From positions 1-32,283 of the IMG/VR virus record IMGVR_UViG_3300022862_000018: a stretch of DNA of 32,283 bases; one strand, written 5' to 3'. Numbering within the stretch: the first letter of the stretch is position 1; every line of letters starts with the position of its first letter. Source of the stretch: a virus. Taxonomy: Duplodnaviria; Caudoviricetes. Of the stretch, positions 10,095-19,473 are shown piece by piece. The position numbers and the translations under genes are program-made. The notes under the pieces were generated by a model. The model searched no databases. It saw only the letters and a list, made by a program, of their open reading frames with translations, and was not told the DNA's origin.

Positions 10095-11236
10095 TCGTTT
10101 TCACCTCCTTCAACGGCTTCAGTGGATTGATAGTTCTTTGTAATAACAAATTTATCTAACTCTGGATCATCAGAACGTTCAGCCCCAAACAATTCACGCA
10201 CCTCATTTCTAGTAAACGCCCCTGAAGCAACTAATTTATCTACAGCTTCGGAATTTTCGATTACACTTGTTTCTGTAACACCTTTTACTTCTATCTTGGA
10301 GCCTTTTAAGAATTCCTTTTTATCAATTAGTTTTGCATTGAGCTCATCTTCGATTTTTTTGACTAAAGGAGCAATACAAAACTTGATGTATGCTTTAATA
10401 GCTGTTTCAAATTCCGCCATATCTCCGTGAACTAAAGATGTAGGAATGCCTAGAATGTTGGCAACATCATCAATCAGATCACGTTTAACCTTTGCTAATT
10501 CTTCAACGGACCTGCCACCATTTGAACCATCAACAATTTCTTCATAGTTAAAGCCTTTTAGTTTAGGTACGATTGCGAATGCATTCTGTCGAAAAGCTCC
10601 AAATAACTTGTTAATGAAATTCTGTAACTTCCCTAAATTTTCATTATCAAGCTTTTGAGTTGAATCCATTTCAGCAGTTGCTCGAATTTGATTAGCAAAC
10701 ATATTGGTTTCAATCATACGGCTAAATAAGTTTGTATAATCTTCAAACATGCCATCCATGAATTTCGTTAACTTTTCATTGTTGTATGTGATATGAATAA
10801 CTTCATCCATATTAAATGATCGTTGGAATGTGTAATCCTTTACTGTCACGCTTTTAAAAATATCTGGATAAATTGCATACTCAATTCGGTCAAAGCTATC
10901 TGCAATTAATAAATCATTATTGTCAGTTAAAATAACCAACACTTCATTTTCATGAAGCAATTTATAAACAAAATCTTGCCAGAAGTCTGATGCACTTTGA
11001 TCTGTATTCGGCCTTACATTCAGCAAATAATGCCAATCATCTAATTGTCTTTTTCCATCCTTCATAAACCGAAAATCAGACTGTGATATGGTCCTGCCTA
11101 TAAAGTTAATACAAGTTTCTAAAGCCATCTTTTTTAAATAAGCTCGTTGACTTATTTCAATACCAAAGAAATCAAATTCATCAAACATCGTACCAATTTC
11201 TTTATTTTTATTAAGTACATCCTGTAGCCATCCCAT
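10091..11236 (-). CDS. Portal protein (HK97 family)
   Basis: LLNVRPN, VANILGIP..L, TRNEVR motifs; follows terminase. Confidence 0.93.
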   Translation of the reverse strand: MGWLQDVLNKNKEIGTMFDEFDFFGIEISQRAYLKKMALETCINFIGRTISQSDFRFMKDGKRQLDDWHYLLNVRPNTDQSASDFWQDFVYKLLHENEVLVILTDNNDLLIADSFDRIEYAIYPDIFKSVTVKDYTFQRSFNMDEVIHITYNNEKLTKFMDGMFEDYTNLFSRMIETNMFANQIRATAEMDSTQKLDNENLGKLQNFINKLFGAFRQNAFAIVPKLKGFNYEEIVDGSNGGRSVEELAKVKRDLIDDVANILGIPTSLVHGDMAEFETAIKAYIKFCIAPLVKKIEDELNAKLIDKKEFLKGSKIEVKGVTETSVIENSEAVDKLVASGAFTRNEVRELFGAERSDDPELDKFVITKNYQSTEAVEGGENE

Positions 11237-11251
11237 GCTTTCACCCCCTCT

Positions 11252-12937
11252 CTAGAAATTCAATGCGTTAAGTGCATCCAATGAGCTACCTACATCCGTT
11301 TCGACCACTTCATCGGCTCGATATATGGCGTGTACAAATGCTTGGAAGCCATCTGTTTTTCTTCTTATAGGTTCCTTTTTCTGATACTCTTTGTTGCCAT
11401 CTTTTTTGATAACAACTAGTACATTGTTTGTGTACCAACGCATTAGAGGATTGTCCCCAAATATAATTTGACGATTGGCAAAAGCAAGCTCGATTCGTGG
11501 AGCCAATAAACTGTGGATGGCCCTTGGATTTCGGATTATCTCTACTTCAAACCCTTCTGCTTCAAATAAAGGCTTTAGCACTTCCATTCGGAAATTATCA
11601 CCAATAACTTTTTTGATGTCGTAGTAATTTCTCATTTCAACAAACCAGGAAACAACTAAATTCGGATCAATTGTTTCGCCCTCCACAACTGATAAAAGCC
11701 CTTGTTCTTCCCATTCTCGAATAGGTGCAAATTTTCGCTTTCCAGCCATTTCAGCATCTTGTTTCTTGGAATAACTATAGTACTTATCTACAAATTCTTT
11801 ACGTGCATAAGAATGAGTTTTCCAAACGTAATCACCATTTTCACGAAATAACAAACCACATGCTGCGAAGTCTCGTATACTAGCAAAGTCAATGGCTCCT
11901 ATAGCCTCTTTACCGTGTAAATTAGGCATTTCTCGATTAGTTGCTAGTATTTCCTCCCACTTAGCTACAGATCGTTCTAAATCGGTTACTGGGCAGTTCA
12001 TACGCTTAGTCATAAACTCTTCACGGTTTGTCGGATCGTCTTCTAAATCCTCGTACTCTTCAAAAATCGTATCGAATAGCCCTTGGGCATATTCACTACG
12101 AGGATGACAAAGCATTGGATTGGCCTTTTCCCAGCTTTCAATTTCATCAACTTCCTTTTCATCATCTAACTTACAGATGAAAGGGAATAACGCATTCGGC
12201 CGTGCTTCACCACTTAAAACCTTTATTGCTTTTTCTTTTTGTTTATCTAAAAATCCATCTCGAACATATCCATCAGTACCAATATAAAACTCACGTGGAT
12301 TTTTCTTCTTTCCAAGCCCTGAAATATGGACTCGAACATCCTTATTGCTTTCAAATTGGTGTATCTCATCGAATACAACGGCACCGTCACGCAAACCATC
12401 TTTTGTTTCTCCATTGGAAGTACGAAACTTTAATATCGAATCAGTTTTATTGCTTGTGATCTTTTCTTTTGTTCGATAAAACATTGATTTTAATATGCTG
12501 TTTCGACCAATAACATTGTAGGTTTCATCAAATGAAGTTTTGGCTTGTTCTTCACTGTTGGCAACAATCGAAACGTTGTATTCTCTAATACCGTGATGTG
12601 GTCCAATTAAGAAATGAGTAACAACAGAAATCAAACCATTCTTACCGCCACCACGACCAAGCATCCATAAATGCTTACGATAAAACACACGGCCATTCTT
12701 TTTGAAAAATAAAAAGACGAATGCGATTAAAAACTTCTGAAACGGTTGTAAAGGGAAATACCACTTCTCACCGAATCGGATACATTTTTCAATCATATCG
12801 TCATCAAAAAACAAATCATCTCGAGTTAATACATGCTCTCGCAAATATTCAATCAACATGATCCGTTCGTTATTAAGTTTGATTTGTCCAGATTCATAAA
12901 GATGAATGTATTCGTCCACATACTTATTGTTAATCAA
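11252..12937 (-). CDS. terL: Terminase large subunit
   Basis: Walker A GRGGGKN, Walker B VVFDEIH, WEKANP, nuclease motifs GAIDFA and KTDG. Confidence 0.95.
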   Translation of the reverse strand: MINNKYVDEYIHLYESGQIKLNNERIMLIEYLREHVLTRDDLFFDDDMIEKCIRFGEKWYFPLQPFQKFLIAFVFLFFKKNGRVFYRKHLWMLGRGGGKNGLISVVTHFLIGPHHGIREYNVSIVANSEEQAKTSFDETYNVIGRNSILKSMFYRTKEKITSNKTDSILKFRTSNGETKDGLRDGAVVFDEIHQFESNKDVRVHISGLGKKKNPREFYIGTDGYVRDGFLDKQKEKAIKVLSGEARPNALFPFICKLDDEKEVDEIESWEKANPMLCHPRSEYAQGLFDTIFEEYEDLEDDPTNREEFMTKRMNCPVTDLERSVAKWEEILATNREMPNLHGKEAIGAIDFASIRDFAACGLLFRENGDYVWKTHSYARKEFVDKYYSYSKKQDAEMAGKRKFAPIREWEEQGLLSVVEGETIDPNLVVSWFVEMRNYYDIKKVIGDNFRMEVLKPLFEAEGFEVEIIRNPRAIHSLLAPRIELAFANRQIIFGDNPLMRWYTNNVLVVIKKDGNKEYQKKEPIRRKTDGFQAFVHAIYRADEVVETDVGSSLDALNALNF

Positions 12938-13266
12938 ATTAAATCATCTTCCGAATACTCTTCTTTGCTTTTGCCCTCCACAGTTGATGCAGCAGGGGGC
13001 AGTCCTTCATCTACAAAGTTAAACGACTTCTCCAAAGCAATTAATTGAGTATTTATTTTCGTTTTATCTGTCATTGCTGGATGACTCTTAATGAAACGTT
13101 GTTTACCGTTTTCTATGATGATAGTGGATCCGTCTTTTTCAAGTGCTTCATCACATTGCTTGTCGAGTTTAAGCAACTCAATATATCGCTCAACCTTCTT
13201 CACTTCCAGCAAATCATTTGTATCAATCCGACTCATCAGCTGAGCCTTCAAATTTTCTAAGTTCAT
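12934..13266 (-). CDS. terS: Terminase small subunit (P27 family)
   Basis: EKDG...ENGKQRFIKSHPA motif; overlaps terL start. Confidence 0.85.
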   Translation of the reverse strand: MNLENLKAQLMSRIDTNDLLEVKKVERYIELLKLDKQCDEALEKDGSTIIIENGKQRFIKSHPAMTDKTKINTQLIALEKSFNFVDEGLPPAASTVEGKSKEEYSEDDLI

Positions 13267-13269
13267 AAC

Positions 13270-13383
13270 CTAACCCCCTCCCCCCTCTCGCGTGGAAATA
13301 ATAACCTTTAAAAATCTGGACAGAACACCCCATCACCGGTGCCCAGGTTTTAAAAAATTTCAAAACTTTTTACCCGGGGGGTA
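13270..13383. other. Candidate cos (packaging initiation) region
   Basis: GC-rich tracts in HNH-terS gap (minus: TACCCCCCGGG...GGCACCGGTGATGGGG...), the usual location in HNH/HK97-type cos phages; exact overhang not determinable. Confidence 0.6.
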
Positions 13384-13719
13384 TTACCATTTCTCATCAT
13401 CTCGCCACTTGTTAGGTTTACTGAATACTCGACCATGAATACGGTTATGGCAATCAACGCAAAGTGTTTCGAGATTGTTTATGTCGAGTGCTAAGTCTGG
13501 ATGATCTTCTAGTTCTTTGATGTGATGGACTACAAGTTGTATCTTCTTTCGTGTGCCATCATTGTTTAATTGGTTTGCATCATCGATACGAACAAAGCCA
13601 TTGCGTTTACATTCCTGACATTCATTGTTGTCTCGCTTCTTTACTTCAGCACGCATTTGTTTCCAATCACCACTGTCATAGAACTTACGCTTTTGCTCGA
13701 TTGATTTGTATTCTTGCAT
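13384..13719 (-). CDS. HNH endonuclease (terminase cofactor, HK97 gp74-like)
   Basis: FYDSGDW, RDNNECQEC, VHHI, NLETLCVDCHNRIH. Confidence 0.92.
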   Translation of the reverse strand: MQEYKSIEQKRKFYDSGDWKQMRAEVKKRDNNECQECKRNGFVRIDDANQLNNDGTRKKIQLVVHHIKELEDHPDLALDINNLETLCVDCHNRIHGRVFSKPNKWRDDEKW

Positions 13720-13723
13720 GATG

Positions 13724-14104
13724 CTAGTCACTACCTTCTAATTGTGTTGGTAGTTCTTCGTTTGGAATGATGTACGATTCTTTGCACTTATCACAAACCC
13801 TTGTAACTGACGTACCACTAGGATAAGTGTGGTCTGAATAATCGAGCGAACCACAGTCAAACATCCATGTATTATCAATCGCATCCAACTCATCAGCCAA
13901 TGCTCCAACATGCTTTGCGATTGCTCGTAACTTTAATTGCATTTTGTCTGTGTCCATATCAATTGATACTGTAATACCTTTAGCTTCTTTCTTAGGTTTA
14001 TCAGGTCTAATAGTTAAGCTTGGTTTGTCCATTGTTATCCCTCTTTTCATTGATGTATTTATTAGTTCACTGAAATACTGAGAGAAGAATTCTAAACTCA
14101 TCAT
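13724..14104 (-). CDS. Hypothetical protein with degenerate Zn-ribbon
   Basis: Helical segment then DCGS...VCDKC; start 14104 (GGAGG) or 14032 (GAGGG). Confidence 0.6.
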   Translation of the reverse strand: MMSLEFFSQYFSELINTSMKRGITMDKPSLTIRPDKPKKEAKGITVSIDMDTDKMQLKLRAIAKHVGALADELDAIDNTWMFDCGSLDYSDHTYPSGTSVTRVCDKCKESYIIPNEELPTQLEGSD

Positions 14105-14175
14105 TGTTCATTCCTCCACAATTCATAGTCATACTTGCAAAGTCCATACGATACACCAATTGGATTTCATGGCAT

Positions 14176-14203
14176 AATAAAAAGCACCTCATTTGAGATG
14201 CTT
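14176..14203 (-). terminator. Intrinsic terminator after moron 14206..14559
   Basis: Minus AAGCATCTC-AAAT-GAGGTGCTT-TTTATT. Confidence 0.75.
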
Positions 14204-14205
14204 AA

Positions 14206-14559
14206 TCATATCCACTCTACGCCATTTAATTTATGCACTACTTCATTAACATCTAGGTATGTTGTCTTTCCAGTACGTTTCATATTATCGTCTAATAATT
14301 CAACATGAAGTTCTTGGAATTCACGTTCATATCTAAAGATATAATAAGTGTCACCTTCGCCATATTTATCAATCACAATATCGTTTACTTCAATTGTTGG
14401 ATACATACCATCTTTATCTTCTACATATTCACTTGTACAAAGCACATATGTCATTTGCCTGGTTTCTAAAGACTGACCATCATCCAAGTAATATTTTTCA
14501 ACCGATATTGGTTTAATTGGTTCATCACCATAAAATTCTCGCCACTTAATTTGTTGCAA
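14206..14559 (-). CDS. Hypothetical acidic beta-rich protein (moron)
   Basis: GAGGTGA RBS, TTG start, 117 aa; no family recognised. Confidence 0.65.
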   Translation of the reverse strand: MQQIKWREFYGDEPIKPISVEKYYLDDGQSLETRQMTYVLCTSEYVEDKDGMYPTIEVNDIVIDKYGEGDTYYIFRYEREFQELHVELLDDNMKRTGKTTYLDVNEVVHKLNGVEWI

Positions 14560-14575
14560 TGGTTATCACCTCATC

Positions 14576-15337
14576 TTAGTCTGCTAATGTTTCGGATATT
14601 TCATTGTTAAGATGTTCTATTAGATTATAAAAAGTATCATCTAACTTGTTAAATTTCTCTTTAATCTTTTTATTTTCATTATTCCATTTAGTAAGAAGGT
14701 CATTTGTTGAGCTTACTACTTCCCAATTTTTATTTGGAAGGTGTTCCACAATTTCTTTAAAGAAAACAAATAATTCCTTATCTAAATTACTTAACTTTTC
14801 AAAAAAATCATCACTGTAAAAAGATTCATAGGAAAATAACACTTTAAACTTAAATAGTAAATCTGATAACTCGTCTATAGATTTCAAAGTTTTTTGAGGA
14901 AAAGCTGGTAAAAGCTTTATTTCTTTAATATTTGATTCCTGTTCAATTCTCTTTGTAAGGTAAGAATTAAGCTCTGTATTATAAATTAGATATTTCTTCC
15001 TGAATCCATCTAGATCATTAATTTTATTATTTAGAATTTGTACCATTTCTAATTTTTTATTTACTTTTATTTCCCAAGCGAATTTACTTTTTTCTTTTTC
15101 ATATTGCCTGTCTAAGACAACATTCAATTGCCATTTCGCTATAAAATATGCACCAAATGCTCCTGCAATTCCACCAAACATACTTAACAAGCCGCTGATT
15201 ATTGCAATTCTATTAGGTTTTTCAAGTTCATCAACACCAATTTGATATGCAATAATAGTAAGAATTACTACAACACCAATTGTTATTCCAGCCAATGCTA
15301 TCAAAAATTTCACTAATAAGTTCTCACTTTTACCCAC
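14576..15337 (-). CDS. Membrane protein, 2 TM + helical cytoplasmic domain (moron)
   Basis: Two hydrophobic segments (second GLLSMFGGIAGAFGAYFIA); very AT-rich; extended -10 TGtTACTAT at 15366-15374. Confidence 0.75.
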   Translation of the reverse strand: MGKSENLLVKFLIALAGITIGVVVILTIIAYQIGVDELEKPNRIAIISGLLSMFGGIAGAFGAYFIAKWQLNVVLDRQYEKEKSKFAWEIKVNKKLEMVQILNNKINDLDGFRKKYLIYNTELNSYLTKRIEQESNIKEIKLLPAFPQKTLKSIDELSDLLFKFKVLFSYESFYSDDFFEKLSNLDKELFVFFKEIVEHLPNKNWEVVSSTNDLLTKWNNENKKIKEKFNKLDDTFYNLIEHLNNEISETLAD

Positions 15338-15432
15338 TACAATACCCCCAAAATTTACTAAATTAATAGTAACATGAGCGCAAAATAAAGACTACACCCT
15401 TATCAATGAAATCCTACTTATGATCAAGTAAT

Positions 15433-15462
15433 AACAAAAAGCCACACCTTGTTAGATGTGAC
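15433..15462 (-). terminator. Intrinsic terminator after moron 15462..16433
   Basis: Minus AGTCACATCT-AACA-AGGTGTGGCT-TTTTGTT. Confidence 0.75.
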
Positions 15463-16433
15463 TAAGTTGTTTTATGCGTTTTCAATAAATTAACAACTAA
15501 CGTTGAATGGTATTCTTTTACAAATCTTTCGCTTTTATTTATAACTTCCTGTTTTACACTTCCATCAAGTTTGCAAAATTTTTCCGTTAAACCCAACGAA
15601 TTAAAGAAGCTACGCGTAGCTGAGTGTGAACCGTAATTTGCTCCCTCAAGAAAATCTTCTGAGGAAGGAGGTTGTATATTGTTTTCTAAATCATACTTAG
15701 ATACAGAAAATGAAATATCATCGAATAAATTTTCTTCTTCTTCCTCAAGGGATACTCCTTCATTTAAAAATAATAGATACGAATATATATATAATTGAGA
15801 ATAATATGGTAGTTCTGGTAGCACTTCATCTATAAAGATATCTAAATCTAACACGTCTAAATCTTCATTGTTATTTTTAATTGGCTTATTCCCAAAATTA
15901 CTTGCAGCTAATTCACTAAACGTTTCCTGCGCCAAATTAATGGTATCCAGTTTTTCTTCAATTATGTATATTTTTGATTTTAATAAATCCGCTGCTTCGT
16001 TAATTATTCTACTTGATTCAGATAATGTTTTAGAATCTAAATTTAAAGTTGCTTGCTCAATTTTGTCAGCTGATACAGCTATTTTCTCACTTGAAAGATT
16101 ACTAGATAAAGTTTGGAACAAAGTAAATCCTATTGCTACAACTGCTAAAATAATTGAAATAATGGTTCCGGCAAATCCCCAATGATCAATCACTTCACTA
16201 TTTTCTCTATATTGATAAGTAAATAAACTAATTGATCCTAAACAAATCATTAAAAGCCAGTATAATAAATCTTTAACTTCTATCCAACTTGTTAAAGATT
16301 TTTTCTTTAAGTCCTTTTTAAAAAGTGGTGGAATTTTTACTATTAAAGTAAGAATTACTATAGTAATAATTAGCATAGTTGGAACTACTAACAACCACCA
16401 AGCATTAAATTCAACAGAAACCGTATTTTCCAT
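15462..16433 (-). CDS. Membrane protein, 3 TM + coiled coil + acidic C-terminal domain (moron)
   Basis: Start at MENT after AAAGGAG; TATAAT at 16464-16469; three hydrophobic segments. Confidence 0.75.
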   Translation of the reverse strand: MENTVSVEFNAWWLLVVPTMLIITIVILTLIVKIPPLFKKDLKKKSLTSWIEVKDLLYWLLMICLGSISLFTYQYRENSEVIDHWGFAGTIISIILAVVAIGFTLFQTLSSNLSSEKIAVSADKIEQATLNLDSKTLSESSRIINEAADLLKSKIYIIEEKLDTINLAQETFSELAASNFGNKPIKNNNEDLDVLDLDIFIDEVLPELPYYSQLYIYSYLLFLNEGVSLEEEEENLFDDISFSVSKYDLENNIQPPSSEDFLEGANYGSHSATRSFFNSLGLTEKFCKLDGSVKQEVINKSERFVKEYHSTLVVNLLKTHKTT

Positions 16434-16493
16434 AAATACTCCTTTATAAACAAATAATAACAAATTATACTATTATTCTAGGATAAATGGAAT

Positions 16494-16523
16494 AGTAAAA
16501 GACTACTTCTTTTGAAGCAGCCC
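16494..16523 (-). terminator. Intrinsic terminator in late leader, upstream of moron promoter
   Basis: Minus GGCTGCTTC-AAAA-GAAGTAGTC-TTTTAC. Confidence 0.6.
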
Positions 16524-16643
16524 ATTTTGCTTGTTTCCGACATACACGTACAAGCAACGTGTTTATTTTGTAATGGAAATTTATTTAGCGTATTTCCGTA
16601 CGCTTTTGATAAAACTTGATAATATCAATTTACACTGTTTTTT

Positions 16644-16674
16644 TGCGTAATTCACTATACCTCACAATTACGCA
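16644..16674. promoter_or_regulatory. Inverted repeat downstream of late activator gene; candidate activator site of late promoter
   Basis: TGCGTAATT-N13-AATTACGCA perfect 9-bp arms. Confidence 0.5.
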
Positions 16675-16770
16675 TTAAAATATACCTTTCAAAACTAAAG
16701 CTCCTATCCCTAACCAACAGATAAAAGGTAATTTGACTTCGATTTGTTCAATGAACAATTTCTTCAACAT

Positions 16771-17190
16771 TTACATCCACCCCAATCGTTTAGCTGTTTC
16801 ATCAATCAACATGTTTCGCTTACGTAATACTCGTTGTACTGACATATATAATTTATCTGCAACGTGTGACCATTCGTATGCTTCTTGCTTATCAAAATAT
16901 CGCATATCCACAATTGTTTTTTGGTCATGATCTAATTCTTTGTAAAGCTGTTCAAGCGTTGTAATAATGTTTTTCAAATGCTGATAATTTTTATCTTCTG
17001 CGAGAATAATAGCTTTATTACCAGTCGTGTCTGAAATTCGATTAGATTTGCCACCGCCAATATTTGTATCTGTTTCTTGGTGTGCATTCAACAGTTCCCA
17101 TTCACGATAGCGTAACTGCTTTTTAAGCTCATCTAAACTTGACCAATATTCTTCTATAGTTTTATTTTGTACTGTTGATAATTTACTCAT
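16771..17190 (-). CDS. RinA/ArpU-family late transcriptional activator
   Basis: DTNIGGGKSNRISDTT, IVDMRYF...WSHVADKL sigma-r4-like HTH; start MSKL after GGAGGG. Confidence 0.88.
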   Translation of the reverse strand: MSKLSTVQNKTIEEYWSSLDELKKQLRYREWELLNAHQETDTNIGGGKSNRISDTTGNKAIILAEDKNYQHLKNIITTLEQLYKELDHDQKTIVDMRYFDKQEAYEWSHVADKLYMSVQRVLRKRNMLIDETAKRLGWM

Positions 17191-17276
17191 ATGCCCTCCA
17201 CAATTTATAAATGGCATTTTGTGCTTCACTACTCAATAACGTAGGTATGTGCAGCACCTACTTTGTTTGTTAATTC

Positions 17277-17981
17277 TTATTTTCTTACTAAAGTTTTATC
17301 AATACAAACTTTGTTTCGTGAAGCTTCAAGTTGATTGTTCTTTTCTAATTTTGCTAAATTACGTTTCGATTTATTTCTCAACTCGTTATAACGTATTTCC
17401 ATTTCTTTATTCTTAGATTCTAAAGTAGAATATCTTTTTTTTATTTGTTTATACTTGGCTTCTAATTCTGCATACTTATCTTCCACTTCCTTCAATTCAC
17501 AGTCGTGTTTTTGTTGATTATCTTCAACATCTTTTATATCTTCAAAGCCGAAAAGCAATGCAGTGACAATTACTCCAAGACAATAGCCATAATCCGTCAG
17601 CCCAGGTAAATTAACTGTAAATATATCCCCTCTAATACCTGCAGCTATCAAATAAGATGCCAAGAAAAAAATTATGATTGGTATTACAATTACTATAAAA
17701 AATACTGTTCTCTTAAATTTAGTTAAGAATTTATTATTAGCAGTAATTTTTTTCTGTTTATTTGATAAGTCACCGGATTTGTAAACAAAGAGAGCAGGGA
17801 AAGTAAAGATTATAAAGTTAGCAATTATATAAATAATTGAATCTGCTATTTTATTATCTATACCCAGTAATCCTAGCGGAAATTTACCAGAATTCAATAG
17901 TCCTGCAAGCATAACGCAACTAGCTAGTATTGCCCAACCAATTCCAATATAAAAATAATTCAAATTCAAATCTTTCTTCAT
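17277..17981 (-). CDS. 4-TM membrane protein with C-terminal coiled coil (moron)
   Basis: Four hydrophobic segments, heptad tail; own TATAAT at 18023-18028; AT-rich. Confidence 0.72.
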   Translation of the reverse strand: MKKDLNLNYFYIGIGWAILASCVMLAGLLNSGKFPLGLLGIDNKIADSIIYIIANFIIFTFPALFVYKSGDLSNKQKKITANNKFLTKFKRTVFFIVIVIPIIIFFLASYLIAAGIRGDIFTVNLPGLTDYGYCLGVIVTALLFGFEDIKDVEDNQQKHDCELKEVEDKYAELEAKYKQIKKRYSTLESKNKEMEIRYNELRNKSKRNLAKLEKNNQLEASRNKVCIDKTLVRK

Positions 17982-18094
17982 ATACAAATTAACTCCAATC
18001 ATTAAAAATATAGTCTTTTATGATTATAGAGTTAGATTGTATGTATTGGAATAAAATTCATATTCTTAAGTATCTAAAAACACATCCAGTTCTA

Positions 18095-18619
18095 CTACTC
18101 CATATCCACACGCTTTTTACTATCCTCAACATTGAAGTTATCTGGATAACGCATTTTCAATTTATCTATGTTTATTTTGCAAATTTGTTCAAGTGATGAA
18201 TCGTAGAATTTAGCTAATTCGATTAAATTTTTGATTAACATTTTTAATGCTAATTTCACTTTACTTGAATTCAATTCATGACGATGAAACACATACTTTT
18301 TAACTTGTTCTGAAATCTCACCAGATAAGATAATGATTTTATCAATTATGCTTTCTCTTGAGCCTTCCACAACATAATTAGCTAATGGCTCATACGTTTC
18401 ATTTAAGAAGGTTAATAGTCCAAATGCATAATGCGCTACATCACCCATTTCCTTTAAAATTGCTTCACGATCATTAGCAGCACCTAATACCTCTGCACAT
18501 TCACCAATAAGGCCTAAAGCATAATTTGTTAAGCCGTTTTCATACTCCACATTATTTTTAGGCTCACCCATGAAAGGCATTGTACGCTTCGATAACTCTT
18601 GAAATTTATTTAGTTCCAT
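18095..18619 (-). CDS. MazG-like nucleoside triphosphate pyrophosphohydrolase (internally duplicated)
   Basis: ALGLIGECAEV...EMGDVAHY and NIDKLKMRYPDNF; start MELNK after GGAGG. Confidence 0.85.
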   Translation of the reverse strand: MELNKFQELSKRTMPFMGEPKNNVEYENGLTNYALGLIGECAEVLGAANDREAILKEMGDVAHYAFGLLTFLNETYEPLANYVVEGSRESIIDKIIILSGEISEQVKKYVFHRHELNSSKVKLALKMLIKNLIELAKFYDSSLEQICKINIDKLKMRYPDNFNVEDSKKRVDME

Positions 18620-18833
18620 TGTGTGATTCCTCCAGTAGTTCAGGGTTTTCGTAAATGCTACCAATACGAACATTCTTATGGTCATTGTCGTGGTAAATTT
18701 CCCAAAACTCTCCCTTTCCGTCAGTTACCTCTATTGTCTTTTTCTTATGTTTGACGAAAATCGATTTTCTAGTAGGATTCTTTTCAGAAGCCCAACCATT
18801 TTCGATGATGTCACCAAAGCTAAATTTAATCAC
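18606..18833 (-). CDS. Small protein with YopX-like C-terminus
   Basis: Ends IGSIYENPELLE. Confidence 0.65.
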   Translation of the reverse strand: MIKFSFGDIIENGWASEKNPTRKSIFVKHKKKTIEVTDGKGEFWEIYHDNDHKNVRIGSIYENPELLEESHNGTK

Positions 18834-19099
18834 TCACATTCCTCCATTTTTGAGTTTTCCAATTCAATTAACTTTTGTATATAAGTAATTGCTTTTTCTA
18901 AATCGCGAACGTTATAGCCATTCTTTTTCCCGTATCGAGTTAAATATTTAATTGCATTAATTCTGTGAAAACCAATACATTCATCTAAATTAAAATTTTC
19001 ATCAGCAAACGCCCACACATCAATTTTGCCTTCATGATAATGATCTGAATCTGGTCTATTCTCAGTATTTTTGATTTGCTCATTTATTGTTGTCATCAA
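18830..19099 (-). CDS. DUF3310 (SaV-like) protein
   Basis: HYHEGKIDV...GFHRINAIKYLTRYGKKNG...DLEKAITY. Confidence 0.85.
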   Translation of the reverse strand: MMTTINEQIKNTENRPDSDHYHEGKIDVWAFADENFNLDECIGFHRINAIKYLTRYGKKNGYNVRDLEKAITYIQKLIELENSKMEECE

Positions 19100-19473
19100 C
19101 TTATTACCTTTCTTCTCCTCAAATTATTCTTAGTAATAATTCCATTTTTCTTTTTCCAATTTCTAATTGTGCATGGTGATACTTTGTACATTTCAGCGAT
19201 TTCTCTATCCAATTTTTTATCTTTTTTTAACTCCAAATACTCAGCTTTAGTCAATGTGAATATTGGCTTTGGACCAGACTTTTTATTTTTTGAATCAGTT
19301 TTAATAACCCTTCGCTTATTCACCAGTTTCATTAACTTGTCGCCATACTTGCGGAGCTGTTTACAATTTGAACAATGATTATATTCATTGGCCGCCTGAC
19401 AATTACATTTGTTTGTAAGTGCATCAACCTTTTTCAATATTGCTACACGTTTCTCAAGCATTTCTGCGTTCAT
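19096..19473 (-). CDS. Zn-finger + HTH phage protein
   Basis: CNC...HCSNC and C-terminal DREIAEMYKVSPCTIRNWKK. Confidence 0.7.
   Translation of the reverse strand: MNAEMLEKRVAILKKVDALTNKCNCQAANEYNHCSNCKQLRKYGDKLMKLVNKRRVIKTDSKNKKSGPKPIFTLTKAEYLELKKDKKLDREIAEMYKVSPCTIRNWKKKNGIITKNNLRRRKVIS

Noticed and set aside
1259-13260. Plus-strand ORFs across the structural module (e.g. 2570..3262, 6057..6284, 11892..12107)
   Set aside because: Antisense shadows of well-supported minus-strand genes; no RBS or recognisable motifs
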